Position numbers and translations under genes: made by a program. A stretch of DNA of 64,000 nt from Glycera tridactyla (taxonomy: Eukaryota): the NCBI GenBank assembly GCA_965644265.1, contig OZ286476.1, positions 34,038,001 through 34,102,000 of the forward strand. The letters run 5' to 3'. The notes under the pieces were generated by a model that saw only the letters and a list, made by a program, of their open reading frames with translations, did no database searches and was not told the DNA's origin. Of the stretch, positions 24,187 to 36,800 are shown in pieces (positions within the stretch are counted from its first letter, which is position 1; the number at the start of each line of letters is the position of its first letter).

Positions 24187-24603
24187 AATCTGCTTAGAAA
24201 ATATCTGATGGAGGCAGATTCAAATCATATTTCATCACTTTCCATCGACATCATATAATTCAACTCATTCTCATCCATACAACGATCACAAAAAGTAAGG
24301 TGGTACGATTTATTTCATTGCTTATTAACACATTGTTTACAAAGAAAAGGTTTGAAACTTGTAATGTACACAATTTTCGTCAACATGGAAAAGACTCTGT
24401 AACAGGGGCTCATGTATTTCTGTGGGATGATATGATGCATGTTACTGATAATGACGAAGTCAAATAAACAATTAAACACAAAGAAAAAACAATTCTCTTC
24501 CACCATCATTGATCAGGAAATAGGTGCACACAGCAATCGATTGTTACTTTCATTGCTGAAAAAAAATATTACCGTTTCAAAGAATTCGCTATTCACTTTC
24601 CAG

Positions 24604-24883
24604 GTCCTTGGGATGCACCATAGTAGAGATGCTTTCAGGCTCACCACCCTGGAAAGGCCTGAATTTCCCTGCTCTGATCCGAAACATGGCCAGTGAACGT
24701 GGACCAGTCTACGCACTTCCGGAGGAAGTGTCAGATGCTGCGAGGGAGATGCTGAGCATGTGTTTTGTGTGGAAACAAAAGCACAGGCCCTACGCTGAGG
24801 AGCTCATCAAACACCATTTTATCTCGGGAAAGGATGAGAAACAATCACTTTTATCCAAATTTAAGAGCAAACTACCGAGTTAA
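24604..24883 (+). CDS. MAP3K-like kinase terminal exon D
   Basis: ctttccag|G, phase 2, completes W. SLGCTIVEMLSGSPPW...RPYAEELIKHHF...stop TAA. Exons A-D total 714 nt (238 codons) in one frame. The exon(s) with GxGxxG and VAVK were not found in the window. Confidence 0.93.
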
Positions 24884-25361
24884 TGCTATCGACGTGTGTA
24901 CAAACTTGTCGGACGATGATTTCAGATGTTTTCAGTATTCCATCCGAAATTGATCAATGGCTCTGTAACATGTCCACCATTTCATAAACATCATGACGCA
25001 TGTACACGTAATACTTGTGCTACCCACGCACGGCACCATTCATGCAAGCAATAATATGGTATGGATATAGTTTTGACCGATGCACAGAGGTGATGCCACA
25101 GTATTATTTCTGAGAATAGCCACCGAAGACCCATCCAACAATGACACCGTTTACTGGTATGATACTGTGATATCGATATACATCACGAACGAAAGTTAAT
25201 TATTTCCTTCTTTCCATTCTCATCATTTACGAAGTTTCTTAATGTTTCAATCACTATTTCTAGCCAACCTTTCAGAATGAGAGACAGCATCAGTGCTCCA
25301 TCTAGCGACTAAATTTTGAGAGTGTGGCATCACAGTCTAATTCGATCATTATTTCATACTT

Positions 25362-25478
25362 TGAATGAATGAATCAATGCATGGATATATAGATACATGA
25401 ATTTATATATGAATGAATGACCAGATGAATGAATGGATAAATGAATGAATGGATGACTGGATGAATGAATGAACGAAT
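25362..25478. repeat. Degenerate (GAAT)n simple repeat
   Basis: Direct inspection. Confidence 0.85.
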
Positions 25479-28400
25479 AGTAGGCCAGTGGCTCTCATCC
25501 AAACACATCTAACGTCAACCCGCCCATTCGGTGATCCCTTGACTCCAAATAGCCTCAATCATCCAGTCCGAAGCTGCCGGGTAGTGACAGGCATCGCGGC
25601 CTGAATGCACTCCTCTTCGCTAACACTGACCACCAGAGGGTGCTACAAGTGGAAGATGACCAACTTGCATACTAAGATTTCCATGTGATTGATCCCCAAT
25701 AAAATGAGTTCTACTCCATTTATGTTTTGATTGCATTGCGAGAATTTAGGTTCTACACACACAAATAATAAATTGATGGATTTTCCATGATCTGCCCTGT
25801 TTAACAGGAGTACTTTCAGATCCCTAGTTCATTCTGAGTGGAATTCTGCCTATTCGTTGATGTTCATTTTATATTGTTTTATACATGAGTCTCATGCTAG
25901 CTCTGAGTGTTAGGTTGTGGTCTGACCTGGTTTGAATGGGACAACATGACCTGGTCAACTGCTTAGCCAATCAGCATACTATGCCGATTTTCCAGCTATT
26001 TCAAGATGGCCGCTTGGGTTATCAAAGTGAAGTGCAGGCAGGCCCAGTGTGCGTGACCCGAGAGGAGCGGCATCTGGGTCTGCAGCACCGGAGGGTAGAC
26101 TCCTAAGTGAGGAGGTGCGTGAAGTGAGCATCACTACAGGTGCAACTTCCAGCACTCACGCAAGATGGCATGCCCCCTACTCCGATCATAACGCACCCAA
26201 GCACGTTCAACACGATAACAGCTACATCTTTCGAAATCACATGCCAAACAAGTCTCGCCTCTCTAGTCAACCACCTTCTCCTTCTGATTCATATTCCCGT
26301 CAGCTGCAACAGCACCTAGGTCCATGCAGGGTTAACCTCCCTCTACTTGATAATAAAAGGCAGTGGTCGCTCAGCCCTGCATCACGAGTTCCACTTATCG
26401 TAATGAGGACTCAGTTTCTTTCTTGATAATTGGTGTGAATAAATTAATTTTCACGAAGTTCAGATCAATTTCGTTTGATTTGGATGGTTCATTACGTCAC
26501 TTTCAAGTGTCTCATTTGGCACTGCTTGTACTTCCGGAATAGAGCCGTCTATGTACAGACACTATATACGTTAGTCATGCTTTAGTGAGCGTCGAACGCC
26601 TTATCAGCAGCTCGTACCATGTATGATTGCGGATCTGGATTGAATTCAATTGAACTGTGAATATCCTCTCAGGGGGAAGGTGATAAAGTTATATTTTTCC
26701 CGAATTGAGAAACTTCACATGTATACAATGATCAATAAAATAATGACAGATCCATAGTGAATGGAGACTGTGGGAATTGAAAATTGTGATAAAGAGAATA
26801 TGAGACATGGAAGCTGGAGAAACACTGAAATAATGAATGAAATAATGAATAAAAATGCACCATGTGATCCAGTACTCTGCTACAGGTCGTATACTTCCGA
26901 TGGGGGGGGGGGGTAGATTCAAGCTTGAACAGACTTGCAAATGTATGATGTTGTAAAATAGGGTGAATTTTCGAAAGCGTACCAGACTGAAAAACCCCTA
27001 CACTTGAGAATGACTGCAAGTACAGTTTTTACCTAGCACAGTGATGGACCTAGTCCCCCCCTCACACTTTCTCACCCCTACTCTTCACGACATATTAGTG
27101 AAAATGTTTAGCAATTCAGGAAATGGATGTGTGAATGAATTAGTCCATGTAAAAATTGCGTGTATATCTGTTTATTCATTTGGGATATGAATTAGTGAGT
27201 GACTGTCCCCATAATCAACTTCTCATGACTTTATTGATTATAACAAACTCTTTTCTATATGCATACATATTTTGATTTTCATCATTCCTTATCTTTGCCA
27301 ATTTCGAATGATGTATATATTGTACATAATCCGGATTCATGTATGCCGTGAAAAAACAATTTTTGTTAATTGCATATCAATACTTGTTTCGCAAAAGGAA
27401 GCAAAATAATGTTTATCCTATTCTATTCTAATCCGAGTGAGTGAGAGACCTGACTGATCGCTATATTCATATGTGGTATCACACAATAATGAACAATTAT
27501 CATATCTGGTCATTAATATCACATATGATTTTGTGTGTCCATGCGCACTGAACAGACGGCATGGAAAACAACTGGTAACCAAAGTTGAAACTACTCTGAT
27601 ATTTCGACCCAGATATAACCGGACATTCAAGTTGTAGGCGTGTCCATGCTTATTGATTTGCCGCTGACTGATACATTTCTCGAAGCGTTTCCAGAGTATT
27701 GCATCTTCTAGACATTTTAAAGTAAATTTATAAAATGAGCGAATTTTACTATCTTGGCGCAAAAGTAGGTTTTAGTCGAAAACGGCACCACGCGACCAAG
27801 GTTATAAAACTGATGGGCGTGGGTCGTTAGGAATGGAGGCTGTTCATGGAGCAACGGCAGATGTGCCCTCTCGTCCATATCCAGGGACGTGAAATATTGA
27901 TGACCTTCACCCCTCTCCGTTTAATGTCCCTTTGTGTCCCGTTATGCAGCTGTTATACCAGGTGTAGGATGCACATTCCAAACAGCATGGGTGATATCTC
28001 CATGTCATCTGGCTGGATGAGATTCCCATCCTTCAAGAGCCAGGTGGTTATGACAAAGGAGGATACTGGCACTTCAGAAGAGGCTTGGAGCCAGTTTGCA
28101 CAGCTGCATCGGGGACAAAGGCACCTTAAGGCACAATGAAAATGTAAATATGATTATGGGAATTAGGGGCATTTTGCTATAAATTGGGGCGGTGAGAGGG
28201 TCGAATGGATCAGTCTGAGCTGGGTACGTGGTGGTGCGGACGCCTTGTACCTTGGTCCCACTTTCGACCTTCCACTGCTCCAGTGTGTTTGCATGGTTGT
28301 ATCTTATATTATGTAATATACTGTGAGCACTGGAATAAATACTATGAAGCTGGAAACTCTCGTTCATCGTATATCATTACGTTGGTCATCTATGGCGGCA

Positions 28401-30028
28401 AGTTGCTGCTGACCACATAGAGACGCAGAGATCCCGATCCCTCGTGATCGTTGAATTGGAGGGAAGTGGCTATATTGAGCCTACCAAGTCACGCATATCT
28501 CACACACACATACTAGATATGGTATCAGTCCTTGAGACATTTCACAAGTGGTATTGGATAACTGGGCCAGTAGGCCGGGAATGGAGTGCCTACTAACACA
28601 TATCTATGCTGTGATGGTAAGTTTGAGAAATATTGATTCGAATTCCCGCCACTTTTTGAGAACGTGTGGTTCCCCATCGCTGTCGATTGGGGAGGCTTGG
28701 AGTGCAGAAAGGTTGTTTATTCGAATTTTTCTTGGAGGCCCGGAAATAGGCTGTAGAACGGCTCTTCCCATGCAGAATTGATTTTTGACGAAGATGATAC
28801 AAGTCAGGATGACAACAGACCATATCAACGATCAAAAAGTCAGATGTCCTTATCGTTAGTGAGGAGGGGAGCACCACTAAGCAAGGGCTCAGAATGATCA
28901 TATGATTAATCCTCTGTCAATTCCCCAACTGGGATATGTGATCACTCACAAGGGGCTGAGAAATTTTTCTGAATGATTTCGTATGGATAATTCGAACTTC
29001 TGCTTGTCTATCACCTAGAGCTAAATGCTCCCTGAGTGCGACATACACATGTCAGCACGCTGTAGTTATCGCTGAAGTGAAAAGCAACTCTCTCCGTGAT
29101 TATGGAATGGTAGTGGTATACAGATCATCACACAAATGGATGTGTAATAGTATGTTTTTTCCTGAAACTATCAGCCCAGCTGAATCTCTCAAGCAAGAGA
29201 CAAAATGGAGAGAAGAAGAATCGCGTACATATTATATTTCGATCCAATATAAAAGACAAGCTCGAAAGAATTCAAAAACCATCTTCAACCCCTGGAAAAT
29301 TGTGCAACACTCTTTGTGAGATGGCTAAACATAGCCATTTTGCGTTCATCCGGGCGTTGAATTCTCTTTGCAGAATAAGATGTCCATTAAGGGGGATGGA
29401 CAAACGATAAGAAGTCGGAGGTTGGCATGAGTTATCCAGTTCAGCGCTGCCATCCTTAGAAAGTCAAACTCTCTGTTGAAACTACAACTATAAAATTCCC
29501 CTTCAAGATTGAGCAACAGATTCCTGCACTACCTCCTATGCAATCACCAGGTTATCTACCATGACCAAGCTGTTAGATATCTTTTGGATACCTAGGAGGT
29601 GAGATTTCTGCTCATGGAATGGACCAAATCTGGGATATTGTCTCTCAAATGTTTTGGAATCTCTATCTGCAGCTGGATGATGATGGAAGGAACGAGCATG
29701 TACATACAATTGAAAAGATATTTTCCATGCGCATGGATGCCATTGATTTGGTCATGATAGTTAGCCTTAGTAACTGATTTGGAGTTTCAGTCTCGGGTAG
29801 TTCTCCAAAAAGATATTCACTTCTGATCATATAACTGCTATGCTATTTGAATATAAGATAAGATAAGATAAGATAAGAAACGTTTCATTGCAAAAGATTA
29901 GGTATTTACATGTTGACCACAAGGGTCGTAAAAAATGCTCATGCAAACAGGTTGTTGATGTACGATCAAAGTCATTTATATAGCAATTATTTAATCATTT
30001 AAAAAAAGAAATAACTGAGACACGTTAT

Positions 30029-30345
30029 CTCAAATAGGGGTTCAGTGAACGTCAAAGCATCAAGAAATGAATACATCAAGCAATAGAAAACCAAAATGTC
30101 AATACATTGATAGTAACCCAAGGATATGTGTGTCAATACATTGATGGTAACACAAGGATATGTGTGATAGTGTACTCTCAAATAAGGGTTCAGTATACAG
30201 CAAAGCATCAAGACATGAATACATCAAGCACCAAAACACCAAAATGTCCATACATCGATAGTAACGCAAGGATATATATCAATACATTGATAGTAACGCA
30301 AGTAGGTGTCAATACATTGATAGCAACACAAGCATATGTGTGATT
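30029..30345. repeat. About 148-bp tandem duplication with internal about 32-bp subrepeats (TCAATACATTGATAGTAAC...)
   Basis: CTCAAATA(G/A)GGG...TTCAGT starts at 30029 and 30177; the subrepeat recurs about five times. Confidence 0.8.
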
Positions 30346-31186
30346 GTGCATTCCCTGATGATGCGATACATGATCATTGTGGTCAGGCCTAGTGTGGTAG
30401 GTCTGGGGCAGCCTATTTCCTAATTCATTTTCGCCATTGTCAACAGTTTGATCGTCATAGCAGTGCCATGTGTACATGGTGATATATATATATATATATA
30501 TATGAACACCTGTGCCAGTTCAATGACTTGTACATCCTATATACACGGATGCTTCCAAATACAATATCCCATATCTTGATTTTTTCCCCATAGATGAGGC
30601 AACAACTGGCCTATTGTCCATACCCCACCCTCCGTTGAGACCTGATTGAAAAAAGAGTATCGGTATTTGCGATATGATTGGAAGTTATGACCAAAAAGTT
30701 TGAGATCACCTCTAGTCCCATAATATCATCCCGACGAAAAAACATACAAAGAATTGATAATCCCCTTTCTCGGGAAAAGAAAGGGCCTCGTATTAATCAA
30801 TCAGTTGTGTAGTGAAGCCACATCAAATTGCTCAGCCGTCATACTACTTGTCTTTATTTTTCGAAGATTCTGTAGCACACAGGTATAACACTGCTTTCGC
30901 TATTTCACATTTTTACACAAATACTGTCTCTTATTCTAGTCACTTTATGGTGCATAATCCTATCTGATGGATGGAATGATTCCTGTATTCTAAGTGAACG
31001 TGTCAATGGAATTACGAGGAGAATACCCAAGTTGATATCTGTATCCAATATTGGAATCAGGCGAAGTGATATATCACTTATATAACACCTAAGTCAATAT
31101 CTGCCTCTTGAAAATACAATAACCTCTGAGATAAGTAGGGCTGCACATTTTGTCAATACCTCTTTATCCTGTTGTACCGACTGCCG

Positions 31187-31812
31187 CTATGGAAGAAGAA
31201 CTGAAGCAAATTCACTGCTATTGAGGTCATACTGCCATACATAAAGTTCATCTAACCACATCTCTGACTCATCATCGCCATATACAGCGTATGGGAAATC
31301 TAATAGGGTGATGGGAATTGCATCAGTAACGAACGTGTCACTTGTTGAGAATTCCCCATTGATGAAGACCTTGTGATTCTGGTAGTCAGTCCCTGACATT
31401 GCGATGTGGAACCACTCGTCGGATGGGACATCCTCTATATTAGTCTTATATTTTTTGGAATCCCCAATGGCTATTGTTCTAAAGGTAAGCCTACCATCCG
31501 CATTCTGTTTTAACCAGGCTCCACATTTTATATGATAAAGGCTGATTTTTAGCCGCATTAAATTCTCATTTGGCAATCCAATGAATTTCACTCACATGGC
31601 AATCGTGAAGCTATAAGTGCTTGATCCCAAATCCAGAGAATATTGTTCACTCAGGTCGTCTCCCACAATCTTGCTGTCAGAACTGGCAAGATATACTGCT
31701 CTGTCCAATATGCCTTGAGCAAATGTAATGCTACCGAACATATTGCCATTGTATGGATATGCTTCTAGAATGTATCCCGATGCTTCATCCATGGGTAAAT
31801 GAATCTTGGCTC
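31187..31812 (-). pseudogene. Exon 2 of a PAN/apple + LamG-like (concanavalin A fold) gene, with an in-frame TGA at 31592-31594
   Basis: Acceptor tgtttcag|GA, phase 1, matches the exon 1 donor. AKIHLPMDE...FTIAM*VKF...WFHIAMS...KVFING...LDELYVWQYDL is a LamG_3-type pattern in which the stop sits at the usual Trp of TIxxWVK. Confidence 0.8.
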
Positions 31813-31869
31813 CTGAAACAGTGAATAAGCACATACTTGAATTGCCAACCATCAGGCCATGCAGAGGAA

Positions 31870-32200
31870 TCGGCCGGGCTACAAGAAGCATTTATCTATC
31901 TCAACAGGCCTTGTTACCATCAGTGACAAAATCTACATAGCCATTGATGATGGTCAAATGGTGGGAATGATCTTCCTGGACCCAACAAAGACTTTTGACA
32001 TGATCTACCACAGAGTCCATTTGAATGACATGTTCACTCTGGGTCCCGATGAATATGCATTCTTCTGGAGGAAGTCATATTTGCACTAGAGGATGCAATC
32101 TACTTGGGTAAACAACATTGTATCATCTAAGTGGTCTATATTCTATCATCTAAGTGGTCTAGTGTTGGGTCTCACAAAGCTCAATAATGTACCAAATATT
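31870..32200 (+). mobile_element. Decayed CR1/L2 RT fragment in the PAN-LamG intron
   Basis: KKHLSISTGLVTISDKIYIAIDDGQMVGMIFLDPTKTFDMIYH...FWRKSYLH*RMQSTWVN matches the RT segment FLDLxKAFD...WFxSYL. Confidence 0.8.
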
Positions 32201-33092
32201 GTTCACAGTCTGCTTTCTGTTATTGACCATGCATGCCTGGTATGTATGCGAGTGGCACCGACATCTTTGCCGCTGACAGTAATGTCTTTGTCATTGGAGA
32301 AGAGTTGTATCATGATCTCGACAAACTCAGTCTCCTCATGGCAATGAATGAGTGCTAGTACTAATAGGAAAGGCTATCTTGGTAATATATTAGGACCCGA
32401 TTAGTTGCCAAGCGCCGAATATATATCATATTTTGAAATTGAAAGTGATAAAATCATAAAAGACCTGTGCAATAGAACTAGGATGTGAAGCCAACAACAA
32501 ATTAACCACTGACGAAAATCACACTGCACATTTCACAAATGTGAGATTCATGATTTCTGTTTTATACCATTAACAGTGGCCATCAAAGCTCTTTATAATT
32601 GGACTCATCTCAGAGTCTATTGTATAATTGCCTAGGCACCTTCTCCTTACTCTCAGATAGTGGTAAAAAGTTTCATTGAGGGTTATACCATGTGCCACCA
32701 TTGGACGAGGGTACTTCTGACACATGGTATGACATTGATCACTCTTCATCTCAACTGAATCAATCACGTGGGATTTTGGTCCTGAGAATGCATCAGGCTT
32801 CATCTCTACAATCTACAAACTTAGAATGGATCCAGGGAATCATGACCTGCTTCAAATTCTGTCCTATTCACAAATGACCTGTTAGATACACATGTTTTTG
32901 TAGGTTTGTTTAGACATCCTTCATTTTGATTCGTCAAGTAACAGTATGTACATATAGCAGATACTCCCAAGAGGTGAACAAGATATGCCTCATCATATAC
33001 TTTTAAAGCAGCAGGGGTCTGACAGCTTCTTCTATCAAACAAATTCATTCTATACAAAAATCCATTTATTGTTCTTGAAACGCACAGAAGTA

Positions 33093-33600
33093 ACAAATAC
33101 TCACGGGAGGTGATGCAGCTCTTGTGTGAGAGATGTGCAGCTCAATCCATCTCAACGACCTGGTGACAAATACTCACGGGAGGTGATGCAGTTCTTGTGT
33201 GAGAGATGTGCTGCTCCATCCATCTCAACGACCTGGTGACAAATACTCACGGGAGGTGATGCAGTTCTTGTGTGAGAGATGTGCTGCTCCATCCATCTCA
33301 ACAACCTGGTGACAAATACTCACGGGAGGTGATGCAGTTCTTGTGTGAGAGATGCGCTGCTCCATCCATCTCAACGACCTGGTGACAAATACTCACGGGA
33401 GGTGATGCAGTTCTTGTGTGAGAGATGTGCTGCTGCATCCATCTCAACGACCTGGTGACAAATACTCACGGGAGGTGATGCAGTTCTTGTGTGAGAGATG
33501 TGCTGCTCCATCCATCTCAACAACCTGGTGACAAATACTCACGGGAGATGATGCAGTTCTTGTGTGAGAGATGTGCTGCTCCATCCATCTCAACAACCTG
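33093..33600 (-). repeat. Seven tandem copies of a 73-bp unit spanning the exon 1 end and splice donor
   Basis: AAATACTCACGGGA at 33095, 33168, 33241, 33314, 33387, 33460 and 33533; copies nearly identical. Confidence 0.97.
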
Positions 33601-33864
33601 CTGTGTGGTTTGTGTGCTGGAGCCGGTGACCAGCTGACAGTCTTGAGAAACATTGATGTAGTTACATGATATACAATCTGTTGTTGTATGACATAGTCTC
33701 ACACAAGATATCAGGCTGATGTTGGATGCCACTATGCTGAAGTTCTTGTAAGCCACGCCTTCTTTTTCACAGTACATTTGTTGGTTGGGCTGTTCAATGG
33801 CTACAATTGGAAATAATGTCATGAACATGGCAGCTGATGCAACTGACGCATGGGATGCCTTCAT
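33543..33864 (-). CDS. Exon 1 of the PAN/apple + LamG gene: putative signal peptide and PAN domain
   Basis: MKASHASVASAAMFMTLFPIVA then C...CVRLC...CISCNY...CQL (PAN cysteine pattern). Donor TCCC|gtgagt, 322 nt, phase 1. Exons 1+2 total 948 nt (316 codons). Confidence 0.8.
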
Positions 33865-36800
33865 GTAAAAGTGAAGACCTTGTAAAAACTTCCATGATCC
33901 TCAAAAAAACAGATTCAATTTATTGTTCCAAACATATATAGAAGATGCTTCCCAGCGGATAGTCATTCATTTCAAAACCTACATTGCCTTGTGACTTCCG
34001 GATATCTCATCATTTCTCGGTGATGAAATATCATCGGAGGGGTTTCTGACTAGTAAAATAGAATGAACGAATACACTACTTGGTTGTTCTGTCCAGAATC
34101 AGTTCTACAAATTTGTGAGCAAAAAGAGGTCTTATTCAATACAGTCTGTAACATGAATGACTTCATTATGCCATTCTGTTCTGACGCCAATTGTCTGATG
34201 GAAATTACTCTCCCTCACCACCACAAACAAGAATCTCGAGATGGGTAAATCTCTAACTTGGCTGACCCTTGGCTGACCAAATTAAGCAGATGCTTCCGGC
34301 TGCTGAATTGTTTACGCATGAGTTGCATACTATGGATTTGATTCGATTTGATTTGACTGGTTATCCCTTCAATCAAACTGATGGCCTGGATTGTCACCAG
34401 ATAATCAGATTTTGCCAGTACTGCAAAACAAGGATTCCAACCAGTAAACAGAGCATACATCAAACTTCAATGATGTACGAGAAGATCTCAATGACAGAAA
34501 ACCTGTCATTGATTCAAATCTCACTAAAATCAGTTGAAACCCTCTTAAAATAGGGATCGAGTGCATACCTGATGGGCCAATTTCTGAAAAAAATGACAAA
34601 TAAGGAAAACAATAGAAGTGAAAGATATGTTCATCATGCTATGAGGGAACCCACCAGGATGAAATAAATATCAAGTGCATACCTGATGCAGTCTGTGTAG
34701 ACCATAGAACAACAAGCCAGGCGAACTTCATCTTAAGAGGTATTGCTGTTGAAGAGCCAATTACTGTTTTTCGGTCAACCATATAGTCCAGTGCTCGACT
34801 GACTACCACCTCTCTGCTGGACCCTATTCACACAGTGTATTATATCAGATGAGATTGACACAATAGCTCAATTCAACGTTGGGGTACCTGATTGGATCAA
34901 AAGTTGGTGATGTCATCTGAAGAACGTTGTTGCATGAGCATGAGATCGAAACCATGTCCAACTTTCTGAGCAGAAGTTCATGATACCTTTATGAGAGGCT
35001 CCGGGTTCGAGTTTGGGACACAAATATGCTGACCATATCGTTTCATCGAAATATTGAAGTTTGATGGCCTCTCTCAAACTAAGATGGTGCATGTTTTTCG
35101 ATGAAAACATGCCATGGTCTCCCTTGCAGGCATCACTTTAATGAAATTAGGACTGTATTTTTGGTTACGTTGTTCACCACTCGCAAAATGAATACTGGTA
35201 TCTAGCACTAGTAGGGCCTGGGCCATCGAAGCATTTCTCTAGGGATTTCTCAGTTCAGAAAAACAGCCATACTCGGCTATTACTGGCAATCAAGCAAGAG
35301 TTTGAGAACGGACTTATTTGTCTCTGGGTGAGAAATAATCTGGCTAGATACACTCTGATTGCATACAAATATTGTTTTCATACTCAAACTCAAACTCAAA
35401 GAACTTTATTTCGATTTGTCAAGAGAACATTTACATACGAGAGGACAGTATCTGTTTCCAGGTTGACGAAAAGAAGTTGTGTTCTTAATTACATACGATT
35501 GATGAAATGGGATGTAACGGGAGTCAATGAGTGATATGAGATGGCATGAAGATGCATGATTATGAGTATGATGTGGATGACCCAACACATATCTTTATAT
35601 CAATAAATCTTATATCGTCATAGTTATTCTGTGTTTCCAGTCGCTATCTCTTTATGGGGCATGTAACATTCATCTAATACGACAAGAGACACAGTGGTTT
35701 TATCATCTTACAGGACACAGAACATATGAACATGGGAACATCAGAAACATATGGCATGAACCAGGTTGCAGCCTCACTGAACCAGAGGGTCACAAAACAG
35801 AAAACAGATGAAAAAAAAATAATGACTGAAGAGATAAAGATACTGAGTTGAGTTACAGATACTGAGATACATGGATGCATGGATGCAAGTATTACAAGTA
35901 TTGGTATTGGCCAGGAATGGCCTGAATGGCCTGAATGGCCGGGGAAGTGACGTGATCCTCCCTCGTTCATGGTTGTGTGTGTAAAGGATTGTCATACTTT
36001 AGATGCTGGGAGAAAACTTTTGTTGATATGCTCTATGCTTTATTTCCTGAAATATGAAATATGAAACTCGTAGGTGTTTGTACCCATAGGTCATAGCTTA
36101 TCCAAGTATCTTAGCTCTTTCATGAATGCTTTGAAATCACCTAGTTCCATATCCATTATTTCAGGTGTTTTCAATATCTGTTTATTCCAATTTACTGCAG
36201 ATCTGTGTCTGAAGTTCTTCTCACTGAACCTATATCGCAGGGGATACATTTTCATAAAAGCTATGAAACATCAGCTGGGCATGATGTGAATGAATTGAAT
36301 ATAACAAAAGTATATACCAGAGAACTGACGTTGACATGTATTGAAAGCCATTATATCATTGAGTGATTGCCAATGGATGACCAGCGTTGATGCCATGGCC
36401 AATGGAGGACAGTACGCAGAATGATATTTCAGAGAAAATATAATTGGTAAAACTTGATCAAGCCTATTGTTCAGAAAAAAAAAAACATGATGAGCAATTT
36501 ATTCGATCATAATATAGACATGGCATATACATTATATATTCGAGATAATTATCAAGCTGAATTCCAAACATGATAGATATAGTCATGTACTTTCATCACC
36601 TACACTAAGGTCCCCATTCACACCTGAGTGCAGTGGATTAGTGAGTATTTAGATACAAAATGCCCAATCAGTAACCTTAACACAAAGTGGCCCACTCAGT
36701 AGGAAGCACAGGCGAGAGAATGTTATTCTTCATCCAGTCTGGTCACCTACTTAAGGAGCTCTAGCTACTTGTTGTTGTGAACAATGCTGACCAATTAGGA

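Larger units (their letters stand above)
15890..24300 (+). mobile_element. Decayed CR1-group LINE in the 10-kb kinase intron, sense orientation: ORF1 remnant, about 3.5-kb spacer, ORF2 remnant
   Basis: ORF1-like and APE-RT remnants in order on the same strand. Boundaries are approximate. Confidence 0.75.

Noticed and set aside
28430-29800. Decayed L1/Tx1-type ORF2 C-terminus on -
   Set aside because: Only vague phrases (MAALNWI, KKWREF) and no diagnostic motif, so it is not supportable without a search.
33093-33600. CRISPR-like array
   Set aside because: Head-to-tail near-identical 73-bp units with no spacers.
34370-34420. WPGLSPDNQ resembling the Tc1 WPxxSPDLN motif
   Set aside because: No flanking DDE motifs, the frame is full of stops, and no TIRs were seen.
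35674-35995. Hydrophobic minus-strand ORFs as a membrane protein
   Set aside because: They derive from T-rich, low-complexity sequence with short tandem repeats; no domain or exon structure.
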